A stretch of DNA of 64,000 nt, taken from the NCBI RefSeq assembly GCF_006345805.1, contig NC_042997.1:120528001-120592000 (forward strand), written 5' to 3'. The position numbers were made by a program, and so were the translations under genes. The notes below the pieces were generated by a model, which was not told where the DNA came from, did not search any database, and was given only the letters and a program-made list of their open reading frames with translations. Within the stretch, counting starts at the first letter, position 1; every line of letters starts with the position of its first letter. Positions 37,600 to 50,342 of the stretch are shown here, piece after piece. Source of the stretch: Octopus sinensis (taxonomy: Eukaryota).

Positions 37600-38075
37600 C
37601 AAAAGAAAGACATGGTCTGTCACAGCATTCTTCCTTAAATCTCTCTTGAGTCTTGCATGCCTGATCCTGGCCTCTTCAAACCCTTTCACTCCACACTTTT
37701 GTTCGCCATCCAGCTCGATCCGAAGCAAGGGTTTCTATATCCTTTGGATCCATTCCAAGGGACCTCATATTAGTCTTTAAACCTCTTTTTAGGTTTGCAA
37801 CGCTAGCATTTCTCCTCTGCCGGCTCACCGTTAAACAGTTGATTGGGTTTGAAGTGCTGCCTGCGGACGGAAGGGTATCTATGTTTGGAGTAAAAGAACT
37901 CCATTTAACCTTTAAAATGCGATAAAGACATTTTTGATGGAATTGTATTAACAATTTGAAATCTTTTTTCATAACATGTCCCAGTTTCAGAAGAATGTAA
38001 CAGGGACGGTAACACAAATGATTTGTAAAGAAACTGCACACTGTTATGAAGTAAAGCATTGTGTTTATGCATAAT
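37600..38075 (-). mobile_element. RTE-clade LINE 3' fragment (decayed)
   Basis: YKSFVLPSLLHSSET, FHQKCLYRILKVKW and LKTNMRSLGMDPKDIETLASDRAGWR match the RTE C-terminal pattern. Confidence 0.82.
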
Positions 38076-38229
38076 ACCTAGATTGAACAGCATAATGGAT
38101 GTGCGATAACTGTAGTTGCAAAGAAGGTGAAATCAATAGCAAAGAAAAATGCGTTTCGAACAGTTGACTGATAGTTGCGAACTAAAACCTCTGCATGGCA
38201 AATACGTGGCCCGCAATAAACGAGCGGAT

Positions 38230-38860
38230 CAGAAGTGGCTACAGAGCACAGGCTAAAGAAAGATAGTAAGGGCTTCATCTTGACTGGTCAAGACCAGATT
38301 TTATTGACCCGGAACTACCAAGCCAAAGTGATGAAACGTAGTGTAGACCCAAAGTGCAACGCTGGGATTGAGGCAGTGGACCTCTTAATCCCTGGTTGTA
38401 AGGTTTTCAATATCTACATTGGGTAATGTGTCGGCATTATAGAATCAAAGAGGCTGGTAAATGGTACAAGCATACTCGTGGGCTGTAACTGAGGTAGGTA
38501 ACGTAACAATTCTTTGGGACTTTCCAATATGTACAGACGGGAACATCAAAGCAAATAAAGCAGATATTGTTGTGAAAGGCCAAAACAATAAAGTCTGTTT
38601 ATTGATTGACATGAACATACCCCGTTGCCATCCATGATATTTCAGTAAAGTAATTTGATAAGCTCAGAAAATATTAATATAAAAATTTAGTAAACGAAAT
38701 CGAAAAGATGTGGCATCTCAAAAGTTACAATACTAGTGACTCTAGGAGAGTTTGGAATGATCATAAACAGAACTGAAAATTATATAAGAATGATTCCTGG
38801 CATGCAGGAAGTACAAAAGATTATCGTCACTGGTATGTCGCATGTACTTTGAAGAGCATT
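38230..38860 (+). mobile_element. R4/Dong-like LINE 3' fragment (RLE domain)
   Basis: GFILTGQDQILLTRNYQAKVMK..DPKC and ILWDFPICTDGNIKANKADIVVK; homologous to 47.1-48.2 kb. Confidence 0.85.
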
Positions 38861-39259
38861 GTACTGCGAATTTTCTTACCCTTTTTCCAGTTTATTTTTA
38901 TTTGTTTCCTTTTTTTATTTTTATGTTTTTTTTTATTTTTCTATCTGTCTTCCACGTATTCTATATTACGTTCCTTAGTAAATGAACAGTCTGATGTGTT
39001 CATTTTAATGGCCTCTAAATGTATACAATATAATCACCAAGAGAAAGTGCTCTCTGTAATTACCTTGTTCCGACTCAGAGGTAGAGGTAACATCTATTCT
39101 TTCCATTAACGTATCTTTCACCCAGCTTTCAATAAACTCACTCTAGGATAACTCATCCCTAAGTTTCTTTTTCAAGTGAAACTTGAAAAAGTTGGGGTGG
39201 ATTCCACCAAAGAGGAATATATATATCCTCATGCATTTTAGTTTCGTCTAGCAGACAAC

Positions 39260-40420
39260 TTGTTTTCCACAGCCACCAGGCAAAGGAATATCGCCTTACC
39301 TGCCCGGTTAAAAGAAGGCCGCGGGACAATTATCACTATGGAGTCGACCAACAGACGGATTCGTCCCACACGAGACAGCAGATTTCATCGTAACTACCAA
39401 GTCAGCAATGCTCGGATACTGAACAAGGACGTACAGAGAGGTTTCGTCAATCTGCGCGCACCTCTAACAAGCGCCATTTAACAGTACATACATACCTTTA
39501 GTGTTTGTCTCCAGCCGGTAGCGCCTCTGTTAGCACTGCTAGTCCAAGGCGATCAGTAAATTATCCATGATAGCCCGGCGATTTGTTACCTATGCAATCG
39601 CTCATCGCCTCCCGAATTTCAGTAACATCTATTGGTTTTTCACGTAGCCTCATGCCCGCTGCTGCGAACCGCAGCAGGCCGTCCAAGCACTAACTAAAAT
39701 CCACTACCGTCGTCGACCCATCGCCCTGTCCAAACAGCGTCACAAATTGACCTGGGAAGTCGCATATGTCTGCTTGGAGCTGAGTAGCATACGCCTGTAC
39801 TTATCCGTGATTCTCATCATGATTCTGCTTCTATTTCATGTCTCCTCTGTTCGGACCCATCAGACAGCTTTCGTACCAATGTGTCTTTAGCTCTGACAAC
39901 ACAACCTTCGTGGTTCGCTTCAAAGATATGGTCAAGGGCCATTACCGTCGCTAGAACATTGGTCGTGATGCATTTACTAATCGCCTCTTGTATTTTGTTA
40001 ACCCCTCCCCACTAAACTGTTCTTTTTTATTGCTAGATTTTGCTAAAAAATATCGTTTCTACGCCAATCACCTCCTAGAGCGATCCACCACCGGTTGTTG
40101 ATTGCCCTTATCAACTGCCGCTTAACTAGTTCACTAATCTGGTCCCTATAGTCTTTACGTGTCGGAAGTAACGTGTTCAACAATCAATAACCCGATCCTT
40201 GTGTTCGGGTCCTATCAATCTCGATTGTGCAGATCACAAACTTGTGGTCTGTGTAATCGACCAATATTAATTGTGAACAAACTACGCTATTTGTATCAGC
40301 CAACTTAACAAATACTGTATCTAGATACAATCTGGATGACCCATTGTGGTTGCCCCACGTCCACATTATCACACCACGGAAATACAGTCAGGAACTAGCA
40401 GACAATTGGAAGTCTCTGAG
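39260..40420 (-). mobile_element. Internally deleted L1/Tx1-like LINE ORF2 remnant
   Basis: APE end WTW..SSRLYLD.VFV...YTDHK..GSGY, RT start EIREAM..C.GNKSPG.HG, and C-terminal RC...DET..(H)VLV..P remnant. Confidence 0.7.
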
Positions 40421-40733
40421 TAGGTTTACGAGGCATCTGCATCTCATTCTCCTCCTCCCCCTCACCCCATCACCCCTCCCCCACATCCCCTTCTCCTCCT
40501 TCTCCTTCTTCCTCTTCTCCTCCTCGTCGTCGTCGTCTCCTCCTCCTTCTTTTTCTTCTTCTCCCTCTTTTTTTCTTCTTTTTCTTCTCATACACCTCCT
40601 GATGATGATAATAATAATAATAATAATAATGAGAATAATGATAATAATAAAAACAATAAAAATAATAATGATGATAATGATGGTGATGATGATGATGATG
40701 ATGTTGATGATGATGATGATGATGATGATGATA

Positions 40734-40900
40734 ACTAGCTAGACCCGTGAAATATTCACGGATAACATTAAAAATGTAAGCAAGTATAAACAGTGTACTG
40801 GTGGCATGAGAATTGTTTGTATATTAGACCGTCTGTCTGCGTTCCGAGTTCAAAATATCTCAAGTTACGTAAACGTAAACGGAATTACTATTTAGCCTTC
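40734..40900 (-). mobile_element. Helitron/Helentron-type non-autonomous element terminus
   Basis: Minus strand hairpin CCGTGAA-tat-TTCACGG followed by gtCTAGCTAG and then T, the classic Helitron 3' end. Confidence 0.6.
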
Positions 40901-40974
40901 AAATACATCGTACACATTCAGAGAACGTTCTTGGTTTTCTGGTACGGAACTTTTTTATGGTATTCTTTTATTTT

Positions 40975-41160
40975 TTAACTTGTTTCAGTCATTTGACGGA
41001 GGCCATTCTACGGCACTACCATTTAGTCGAAGACATTGACCTCTGGATTTATTCCCTGTAAGTCTCGTGCTTATTCTATCAATCTCTTCTGCTGAACAGC
41101 TAATTTACAGAGACGCGAATGCAACATCTGTGTGAAACAATGATGGTGTCGGGACAAACA
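40975..41160 (-). mobile_element. 3' half of a CORE-like SINE followed by (TACA)n
   Basis: cttgtttcagtcatttgac...ttagtcga...cttattctatc. Confidence 0.75.
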
Positions 41161-41220
41161 TACATACACACATACATACAAACATACATACACAGATACA
41201 TACATACATACATACATACA

Positions 41221-41254
<34 letters not shown>

Positions 41255-42039
41255 CATACATACACACATACAATATATATATTTCTACAATTTATATATG
41301 ATAGGCTTGGAGGTAGTGGTGATGCTGGCTGGCGTGATCTTTTGGTTTGCGGGTATGCTGAGGGAAATCCAGCGAGTAATCATATGCATACAAAGATAAA
41401 CATACATGCACAAACATACACAAATGCATACTTAGAGAGACAGACAGTAAATGTCAGTCCACAACGAAGTTTTCACCTTCCTGTCTCTCTTCTTACCTGT
41501 TGCTCTGCCACTGGCGAGAATTGTTTTACTTGTCTTCAAAAGTGAAACTGACATCCAACATTTGCTCTGTGTCAATATCTACAGGTTTAAGTATCTACTG
41601 TCTCTCTCACCCTTTCTTTCATTTTCACTTTCTTTGTGTCCCTCTTCTCTCCCGCTTTCGATTTAACGATGTGAATATGTATCTTGGTATCTACTTCTCT
41701 TGCGATGAACGCCATCACCACTTTCTCTCTTTCACTCTCCCTCTCTCTCTTACTCCCTTTCCTCCTCCTCCCTGAAACATTTAATAACACCTAAACGAAC
41801 GCCATCACCACTCACTGCCTCTTTCATGGTCCCTCTTTCTCTCTTATTTCCTCTGTCCTCTTCTCTCTCGCTTTGCCACTTCTTTGAAGTGTGACACACA
41901 CCACAGGTACGTACAACGATATAAAGTTAGCGTATTAATATTATTGATAATAATGAGAGCAATACTACTACGACAACTACTACTACTACTACTGCTACTA
42001 CTACTACTACTACTACTACTACAACTACCACTACTCTTT

Positions 42040-42162
42040 TACTGTTTTACTTGTTTCAGTCACTTGACTACGGTCATGCTGGACCACCACCTTTATTCGA
42101 GGAAATCGACCCCAGGTCTTCTTATCTGTAAGCCTAGTTTTTACTCTATCGGTCTCTTTTGC
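42040..42162 (-). mobile_element. SINE 3' fragment
   Basis: ttttacttgtttcagtcacttgactacggtcatgctgg... Confidence 0.75.
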
Positions 42163-42169
42163 ATCCAAG

Positions 42170-42718
42170 ACAAAATAATTTACATGGTAACACTTCCAAT
42201 CAGTTAAGATCAGAAGCCATGAGAGACATTATCTGGTATGCATCAGGACATTTACTTGTCAGTTGTTTGACCTTAACCAGTTGACCATGTCTATTAGTGG
42301 CTCACGATATGTGCATCTCTGATCATGAGGAGAAGTAGCAGGGGAACATCATAGCCATGTAGTGAAAGGGATTCTTAGAGGTTTGGATTATTCACCTTTG
42401 GAAACATGGGTGTTTCGTTCGACATCCCTAAACAACCCTTATTCGGGGACCTTTTGAGCGAGATGAGTTACTCAACAAGAAGAAAATTCTAACTTGGCCC
42501 CACCTGCAAGTCCATACGCTGTTTATTTTGATATGAGCTCACCATGTCGCGCACATATGTTTGCGATGCATGTGCCTGGTGTACCCTTATCAGACGAGTA
42601 GTCATGATGGGTATACTGGGCTTCGTATATTTTACCCCGGTGTCACTTTGATGGCATGCACCACTCTCTCACCCAATAATAATAATAATAATAATGATAA
42701 TAATAATAATAATAATAA

Positions 42719-42719
<1 letters not shown>
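42170..42719 (+). mobile_element. Non-coding retroposon-like segment ending in an (AAT)n tail
   Basis: GC-richer non-coding sequence ends ctctctcacccaataataat... It may be a Dong-dependent non-autonomous element (inference). Confidence 0.45.
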
Positions 42720-42770
<51 letters not shown>

Positions 42771-42774
<4 letters not shown>

Positions 42775-45700
42775 TAGTATATTTTTTATATCGTGCTTTC
42801 ACTTCACTACCGAGCGCAGCTCTGTGTGCCTTGGGTATGTGCTGTGATTTGTTGTGATGCTCTGATGGTTATTGTATGGAAAGTGTTCTGCGTAGGATGT
42901 GTGCAGTGCCTAGTAGTGCAATTTTCTGTATGTTATATGTGTTTGTAAGTCCTGGTGTTTTTGTTATGTATTTGTCTGAATATTTTTTATCATGCCAAAT
43001 GCACCTATTATGAGAGGAATTGTTTCTGGTTTTAGATTCCACATTCTATTTACCTCTATTTCCAGGTCTTTTGTATTTTGAAAGTTTCTCCATTTCTTTT
43101 AGAGACACGTTGTCATCCGCTGGTATTGATACTTCAATTAGAAAACAGTTTTTTTCTTCATGATCTCTGACAACTATATGTGGTCTGTTGGCCTTAATTT
43201 CTCTATTTGTGTGTATTGGCATATCCCAGAGTATGGTTGCTTTCTCGTTTTCTGTGACCTTTTCTGGTGTGTGCCTATACCATCATTTTTCTGTTGTTAT
43301 TCCATAATGTTGGCATAGTTTCCAGTGTATATAGGTCCCAACTCGGTCGTGTCTGTGAATATATTCCTTCTTAGCCAGGACTGGGCAGCCAGAGATAATA
43401 TGATTTATTGTTTCTTGTCTATCTCCACATATTCTGCAGTTACTTGTTATATTTCTTTTCATTACATGTTTTTGGTAATTTCTGGTGGGGAGGCTTCGGT
43501 CTTGTGCTGCAATTAAAAATCCTTGTATCTCTGCTTTGAGTACTGAGCTTCTCAACCATTGTTGGGATTTTTCTTTGTCTATTTCTTTTGCATTTAGTTT
43601 AGTCCAGTATTTGCCAGGATGGGGCTTTTCTTGCCATCGTTTTATCATGGTTCGTTGCTGTTCTATTTTTAGTTTGGATTTCATTTGTTTTATAGCTTTT
43701 CTCGTTTCTTCATCTTCTTCTTCTTCATATTTGTTAGGTGGTATGATTTCTTGTTTGTATTTGTCAGCTTCCTTAAATACTGAGAACAGTTTTTTTGTTT
43801 TGCTCGTGTTTTGCCGCTATTTTTATCAGTTTTCCTTCCTTCTGAAATAGATATTTTTGCAGTCCTATGGTGGTCATTTTATAGTAGTTTTCCTGCTGTA
43901 TAAGGCCTCTACCACCTTCTATACGTTGTATATATAGCTTTTCTATGTCAGATTTTGGGTGATGCATCCTAGATCATGTCATTATTTTTCTTGTTTTCCT
44001 ATCTATTTTGATCAGTTCATTTAGTGTCCAGTTAAGGATATTGTAGCTGTAACTTATAACTGGGACGGCTAAAGTGTTGATACCTATTATCTTGTTTTTA
44101 GCATTGAGCTCTGTTTTCAGTATTGAACTAACTCGTCTATAATATTCTTTTTTTATTTTCTCTTTCGTTTGTGTGTGTTGTGTCTTATCTAGTTCATGAA
44201 TTCCTAAGTATTTGTAAGTTTGGCTTTGGTTTAATTCTTTTATTTAATTGGTTTTATCTAGTGTGATGTTGCTACTCTTAATTAGTTTTCCCCTTTTCAG
44301 GGTTACTTTGGCGCATTTCTCTAATCCAAATTTCATATCTATTTCTTTGGTAAATCCATGAACTGGCTTTAGTAGTGTTTCCAGCTGTTTGTCATTTGTT
44401 TTAGGTCATCCATATATAAAAGGTGGCTGATCTTTTTGCCGTAACATTTATATCCGCATCCAGTTCTGTTTAGCATATCCGATAGAGGTGACAGTGCCAA
44501 GCAGAAAAGGAGTGGAGAGAGTGTATCTCCCTGGAATATTCCTCTTCTAATGGGGATGTTTTTGGTTTTCACAAGTCCCTCTTTTGTTTGGAGCTGTAGC
44601 ACTGTTTGCCATTTATTCATAGAGTGTCCTATGTACTTTATAATTGTTGGTGCAACTTTGTTCATGGCTAGTGTTTCGAGAATCCATGTTTGGGGGATGC
44701 TATCAAACGCCTTTTTGTAGTCGATCCAGGCAATACTGAGGCCTATCTCCTTTCTGCGGCTGTCTTCAGTTATGGCTTTATTGATCTTTAGTTGATCTTT
44801 ACAGCCATATGAGCCTTTGCGGCATCCTTTGTGCTCTTCTGGAAACAGGTCGTTTTCGTCCAGGTGCTTGTTCAATCTTTGCGATATTACTGCAGTAAAT
44901 GCTTTGTAGATTGTAGGGAGACAGGTTATAGGTCTGTAGTTTTCTGGTTTTCCTGTCTCATTTGATTTGGGAATTAAGATGTTTTTCCCCTTCGTGAGCC
45001 ATTTAGGCATTGTCTCAGGCTCTTCCAGTATGTTGCTAAAATTTTCAGCCAGCTTTTTGTGCATTCCTGTTAGATATTTCAACTAGAAGTTGGGGATCTT
45101 GTCATGCCCAGGTGCCTTCAAGTTGCTTAGTCTTTGCAGTGCGTGGGTGACCTCTTCAGTTGTTATGGGGGTCCAAAGTTGCTCAGATGCTGAGTTTTTT
45201 TGTTTTAATACTCCTTTTTTTTTTTTGTTCGTTCGCCGACCATATTTCTCTCCAGAATTCTTCCACTTCTTCTGCCGTTGGTGCTGCAGTGATTTCTATT
45301 TTATTTTTGCCAAGTTCTTGGTAGAACTTTTTGGGGTTGGAGTTGAACTGTTTGTTTTGTTCAAAGAAACGTTGGCGTTTCTTGTACCGGCGGAACCTTT
45401 GTGCTTTGGTAAGGATATCTTTCTTCAGCTTTTCTTTTATCTTAGGTAAATCTTTGTGGTGTTGTATTTGCGGAGTATTTTTGTTTTCTTTTTGTTGCTC
45501 AGTAGCATTGATTGTCTACTGATTTCATTAAGAATCGACAGATCCTTTCTCATTTTTTGTATTTTGTTTTGGATGTTATTTATCCACAGGGTTTGTTCGG
45601 GTGGTGGTACTCCTGTTTGGATGGGTTTCAGTGAGTATCCAGCTTCTTTTGTGGCTGCAGTGACTGCTGCGTATACTAAGTCATTTAGCTCAGTGATATC

Positions 45701-46848
45701 GCGTTTTGTTTCAGTGGATATTAGTTCCGTGACGGCTAGGTTGATGTTATTTATAATTGACGTTGTTGTTTTGTCTATTTTGATTTTTGGGAGGTATGGT
45801 CGGTGGTCCATTTCGAGCACTGTGGTTTTCAGTTCTTTGATTATTCTACTTTTTATAGTTTCATAATCATTAGGCCCCCCTTCGTTGTTTCCAGGTTTTA
45901 GATTTGTGTCGCTTTCTATCTCATCCGTATGTTTGTTTGTCATGTTTTGGCTTGCTGTTTGTCGTGTATTATTATGTATCCTTACGGTCTGGGTTTGTTG
46001 TTTGTTTGCTTACATCGTTTTTGTTAGAAATGTTACGTTTGTCTTCGTGTTTTACTGTTTCAGTGTTTGTATTATTTGGCATTGTTGTGTGGCTTCTATC
46101 TACATTTTCCTGATGTGTTTTTTCTTTTAAATGTTCTATTTCTATTTCTGATATTTTTCTGCGTTGAGAATATATCTCCGTATATTTGCTAGTTTATTAG
46201 GTTTCATTGTTGTATCCAGGTCTTTATTTATGTTATTTTTCTTCCATATTTTGTATGTATGTGTTGTTGTATTTTCATTCTTTGGGTAGAGCACTGCTGT
46301 AAAGTAAGCGTGTAGGATAGAAATGTATTCCTCACGTGTCCATTTATTATGTCTTTTGGGTTTATTTGCGGGACGTGAGGAACAACGTCCGGCCCATTAT
46401 TTTGATGGTCGTCATCTTCGTAGGGTACCGGTCCGTTCATTTCTGTAGTCACATTGTTTTGCACGTGTAGTTTTTCGTACATTTTATGTTGTAAATTTAC
46501 AGTACGTACTTTCCGATTGTTATTCTTGGGTTGAATAATACCGGTATTATTTAATTTATTCGTATTTTTTTTTGTATATGGTGTTTGGGGCTGGAGATGA
46601 TCTGATGTTGATGGATCGTAATGTATCACGCATGTTTATATGTATTGTGTTAGAGGTGGGGATGATATCGAGTTAAAATACATCATTTCGTTTTGAAAAT
46701 AGTAATAAATTTCCATGAGTATTACTTACTCGGATATAGTCCAATCCTTTGTCAGTTATTTTTTAGCTCCATGCGATATCTTTGTTTCCGATGTTTGTGG
46801 ATAGATTTCGGAGCACTGTTTTATCTCTCCCACATGTTTAACGTCCCC
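42771..46848 (-). mobile_element. Near full-length R4/Dong-like non-LTR retrotransposon (RT + CCHC + RLE), frameshifted, embedded in (TAA)n
   Basis: RT motifs YRPITCLPT, WIDYKKAFDS, GIFQGDTLSPLLF, HLLYMDD and KFGLEKCA. CCHC motif CRICGDRQETINHIISGC, RHDRV, RLE ANRP(H)IV, ending LGTAHILRRTLSIQ* (stop 42869-42871). (TTA)n lies on both sides. Confidence 0.93.
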
Positions 46849-46865
46849 TTATTATTATTACTATA

Positions 46866-46913
<48 letters not shown>

Positions 46914-46914
46914 G

Positions 46915-48512
46915 TTTATGGGTTTTTTTTCTTCTTTCAAATTTGCTTCCATTTCTTGCCGAGTGTCTTCCCGACTCCTAGGGCAAAGAAACTCATAGCA
47001 TACATTGGTAGGCCATTAAACCAAACTCAGTAGTTCGTTCATTTTTTTTTTTTATTGAAATAAAGTTAAATTAAAATGCATGGGTAGTAATAGTTCTCAC
47101 ATCGACAATGCTCTTCTCAATACGTGTGATGTACAAGTTAAGACAATCTTTTGCACTTCTTGCAGGGATGGTAAGCCAGGGATCATTCTCATATAATTTT
47201 CGGTTCCCTTCTTGATCATTCCTAGTGCTCCTACGATCACTGGTATTATAAGCGCCTGGTATAATAAAGGCGGCGAGCTCACAGAAACGTTAGCGTGCCG
47301 GGCGAAATGCTTAGCGGTATTTCGGCTGGCGCAACGTTGTGAGTTCAAATTCCGCTGAGGTCGACTTTGCCTTTCATCCTTTCGGGGTCGATAAATTAAG
47401 TACCAGTTACGCACTGGGGTCGACGTAATCGACTTAATACCTATGTCTGTCCTTGTTTGTCCTCTCTGTGTTTAGCCCCTTGTGGGTAATAAAGAAATAG
47501 GTATTATAACCGCCTTGAGATGCCACATTTTCAATGAGCAAGTCTTTATATTTTCTGAGCTTGTCAAATTCTTTCGCTGAGATATTATGATCACAGGGGA
47601 TGCTCATGTCGATCAATAAGCAAACTTTATTGTTTTGGTCTTTCACAACAATATCCGGATTATTGGCTTTGATGGTTCGGTCTGTATGTACTGGAGAGTC
47701 CCACAGAATCGTTACATTTTCTCCTTCAGTTACAGCTTCAGGGTAGTGATTACACCACTTGTTGGCAGGTTTGATATTGTAATGGCAACTTATTAGCCAG
47801 TGTAGATATTGGCCAACTCTGTCATGTCTTAATTTATACTCCACTGGGGCTAAGACTTTACATCCAAAGATTAGATGGTCCACTGTTTCAAACATGTCGT
47901 TGCAGAATCGGCATTTTGGGTCAGCTCCATGTTTCATCACATTGGCCTGGTAGTTCCGGGTTAATAGGCTTTGATCTTGAGCAGCCAGGATGAAACCTTC
48001 GCTCTCTGCTTTTAGCCCTGAGCTCCGTAGCCACTGATAGGTTTGCTTCTGGTCAACATCAGCTTGTTTACTACGGGCCAAATATTTGCCGTGCAGAGGT
48101 TTCTCCTTCCACCTATCAGCTAATTGCTCGTGCGCTTTTTTCGTTGCCATTATTTTCACCTCCTTTGCAACAATAGTTGCCGTACTTCCCTCGGGTTGTT
48201 CAGTTTGGGTATCCTTCACGAGATCGATAGCAAATTATTTGCTTTCCTTTATGATAGAATGAAGCTTCTTTCGTCTCTCGTTATTTTCCACGAGATTTAG
48301 CATCCAGTCATTCGTTATTTCAAGATATTTAGCCAGTCCAAATGTGGTTGTTTTGTAAGCTAGTTCAAATTGGATCAGGCTCTGGGCTCTGAGGAGGTAA
48401 AGGCGATCTACGTCTGCCTTTGGGTGGTGCATCCTATTACAACTCAGCAGCTTGCGTATTTTCCTAACTATTTTCTTTTCTTCACTCATATTCCAGTTCA
48501 ACACATTGTAGC
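46915..48512 (-). mobile_element. Second, 5'-truncated R4/Dong-like subfamily copy
   Basis: MHHPKADVDRLY, WKEKPLHGKY, AAQDQSLLTRNY, CRFC...HLIFGC, ANNPDIVVKD and HVLRRALSM*; flanked by (TTA)n. Confidence 0.92.
47252..47499 (+). mobile_element. tRNA-derived SINE nested in the Dong-like copy, 10-bp TSD
   Basis: TSD ggtattataa at 47242-47251 and 47500-47509, B box gagttcaaattcc, and an aataaagaaa tail. Confidence 0.9.
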
Positions 48513-48569
<57 letters not shown>

Positions 48570-48789
48570 CATTGTTGTTATTATTATTTCTATTATTGTC
48601 ATTATTATTATAACAATATTATTAACGCCCGCTTGATTTCAGTAAATGAATAGTTATACAACAACAATAATAATGATGATTATGATAAATATTCCGGTCT
48701 ATTATATCTGAACAGAACGCGCGCCGAGAATCAAGCTCAATGCATATGAATGTGTACTGTATAATCCTAAACACTAAACAAAGCGCATT

Positions 48790-49205
48790 TACTGAAGATG
48801 ATTACAAGATATCACTGGATATTCTGAGAACTCATGAGTGTACTTCTGTTCAGCATCAGCTTGTTTGCTATGGACCACATATTTGTCATAGAGAAGTATG
48901 TTTTCCCATCTACTAAACAATGATTTACATTCTATCTTTTGGTATCAATTTTACTTTGCTCCCAACAATAGTTTAATCTGGGTATCTTTCATGAAAGCTA
49001 TAGGAAATATATTACTCTACTCCAAAACAGAATGAAATTTTCTACGCTTTTTGTGACTGACCAGTTTAGCGTACAGCCATTAGTTCTTTCAAGATATTTG
49101 GCAAGGTTCAATTGTAGTGGATTTTTAAGAAAATTCGAACTCTTTCAGACCTCCATCATCTTAGACCTTGGGAGGCTTAATGCAATCCACGCCTGCCATT
49201 GGTGG
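48790..49205 (-). mobile_element. Older decayed R4/Dong-like fragment
   Basis: catcagcttgtttgctatggaccacatatttg...ttcccatctactaaacaa aligns with 48050-48130. Confidence 0.6.
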
Positions 49206-49257
49206 TACATCTTACTATAAGTCAGCAGCTTACGAACTGGTTTATCAATATTTTTAT

Positions 49258-49530
49258 CTGTTGTGTCTGGGGAGAGTCATTTTTTTTGTGCTTTATAATA
49301 TAACACACTCACCGGTAAAATTTCCACTTATTTCTCATTTTTATTTTCCTAAAATTTTCGTTGCGTCTTGCAAACTTTTCATTAGTTTTGAATCTCAATA
49401 GTTTTGACTATTGAAAAAGTTGCAAGACGCAACGAAAATTTTAGGAAAATAAAGATAAAAAAGTGGAAATTTACCGGTGAGTGTGTTATGTTATAAGAAA
49501 AAAATAAATTGACTCTTCCCAGACACAACG
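49258..49530. repeat. ~125-bp inverted repeat (pseudo-LTR-like fold-back)
   Basis: 49258-49385 is approximately the reverse complement of 49408-49530. Confidence 0.85.
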
Positions 49531-49614
49531 GAATATGATTCAACACACGAACTCATATAAACAATCTCGCAAACCAAATCCAAAACCGAAATATTTTTAT
49601 CACTTAGTGATCAT

Positions 49615-49800
49615 TCAAATGCTTAGCAGTACTTCGCCCGCCTCTACATTCTGAGTTCAAATTCCACCGAGGTCGACGTTGCATTTAATCATTTCGGGGT
49701 CGATGAATTAAGTACCAGTGAATTACTGGGGTCGATGTACTCGACTAGTTTCCTCCCCTCAAATTTCAGGCCTTGTGCCTATAATACAAAGGATTATATT
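49615..49800 (+). mobile_element. tRNA-derived SINE, 5'-truncated
   Basis: aaatgcttagcagtacttcg...ctgagttcaaattccaccgaggtcgac. Confidence 0.8.
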
Positions 49801-49921
49801 TGCTCTTGTTCTTGCTGTTGATGCTGTTGTTAATATTATACACAAAACAATTTCAAAGCCGTACATACATAGTACATTGTGTGTAAACGCACAAATATAT
49901 ATATCGGTGTGTGAGTATATA

Positions 49922-50134
49922 TACTCTTTTACTCTTTTACTTATTTCAGTCATTTGACTGTGGCCATGCTGGAGCACTGCCATTAGTCGAGCAAATCAAC
50001 CCCAGAACTTATACTTTGTAAGCCTAGTACTTATTCTATCGGTATCTTTTGCCGGACCGCTAAGTTAGGGGGACGTAAACACAGACAAACTAACAAACAA
50101 GCACACACTCACACACACACACATACACACATAC

Positions 50135-50187
<53 letters not shown>

Positions 50188-50342
50188 TACGACGGGTTTC
50201 TTTCAGTTTCTGCCTACCAAATCCATTCACAAGGCTTTGGTCGGCCCGAGGCTATAGTAGAAGACACTTGCCAAGGTTCCACGCAGTGGGACTGAACCCG
50301 GAACCATGTGGCTGATAAGCAGACTACTTGCCACACAGCCAC
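49922..50342 (-). mobile_element. tRNA/CORE-like SINE with internal microsatellite
   Basis: Reverse complement of the 56741-57150 family. Confidence 0.88.
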
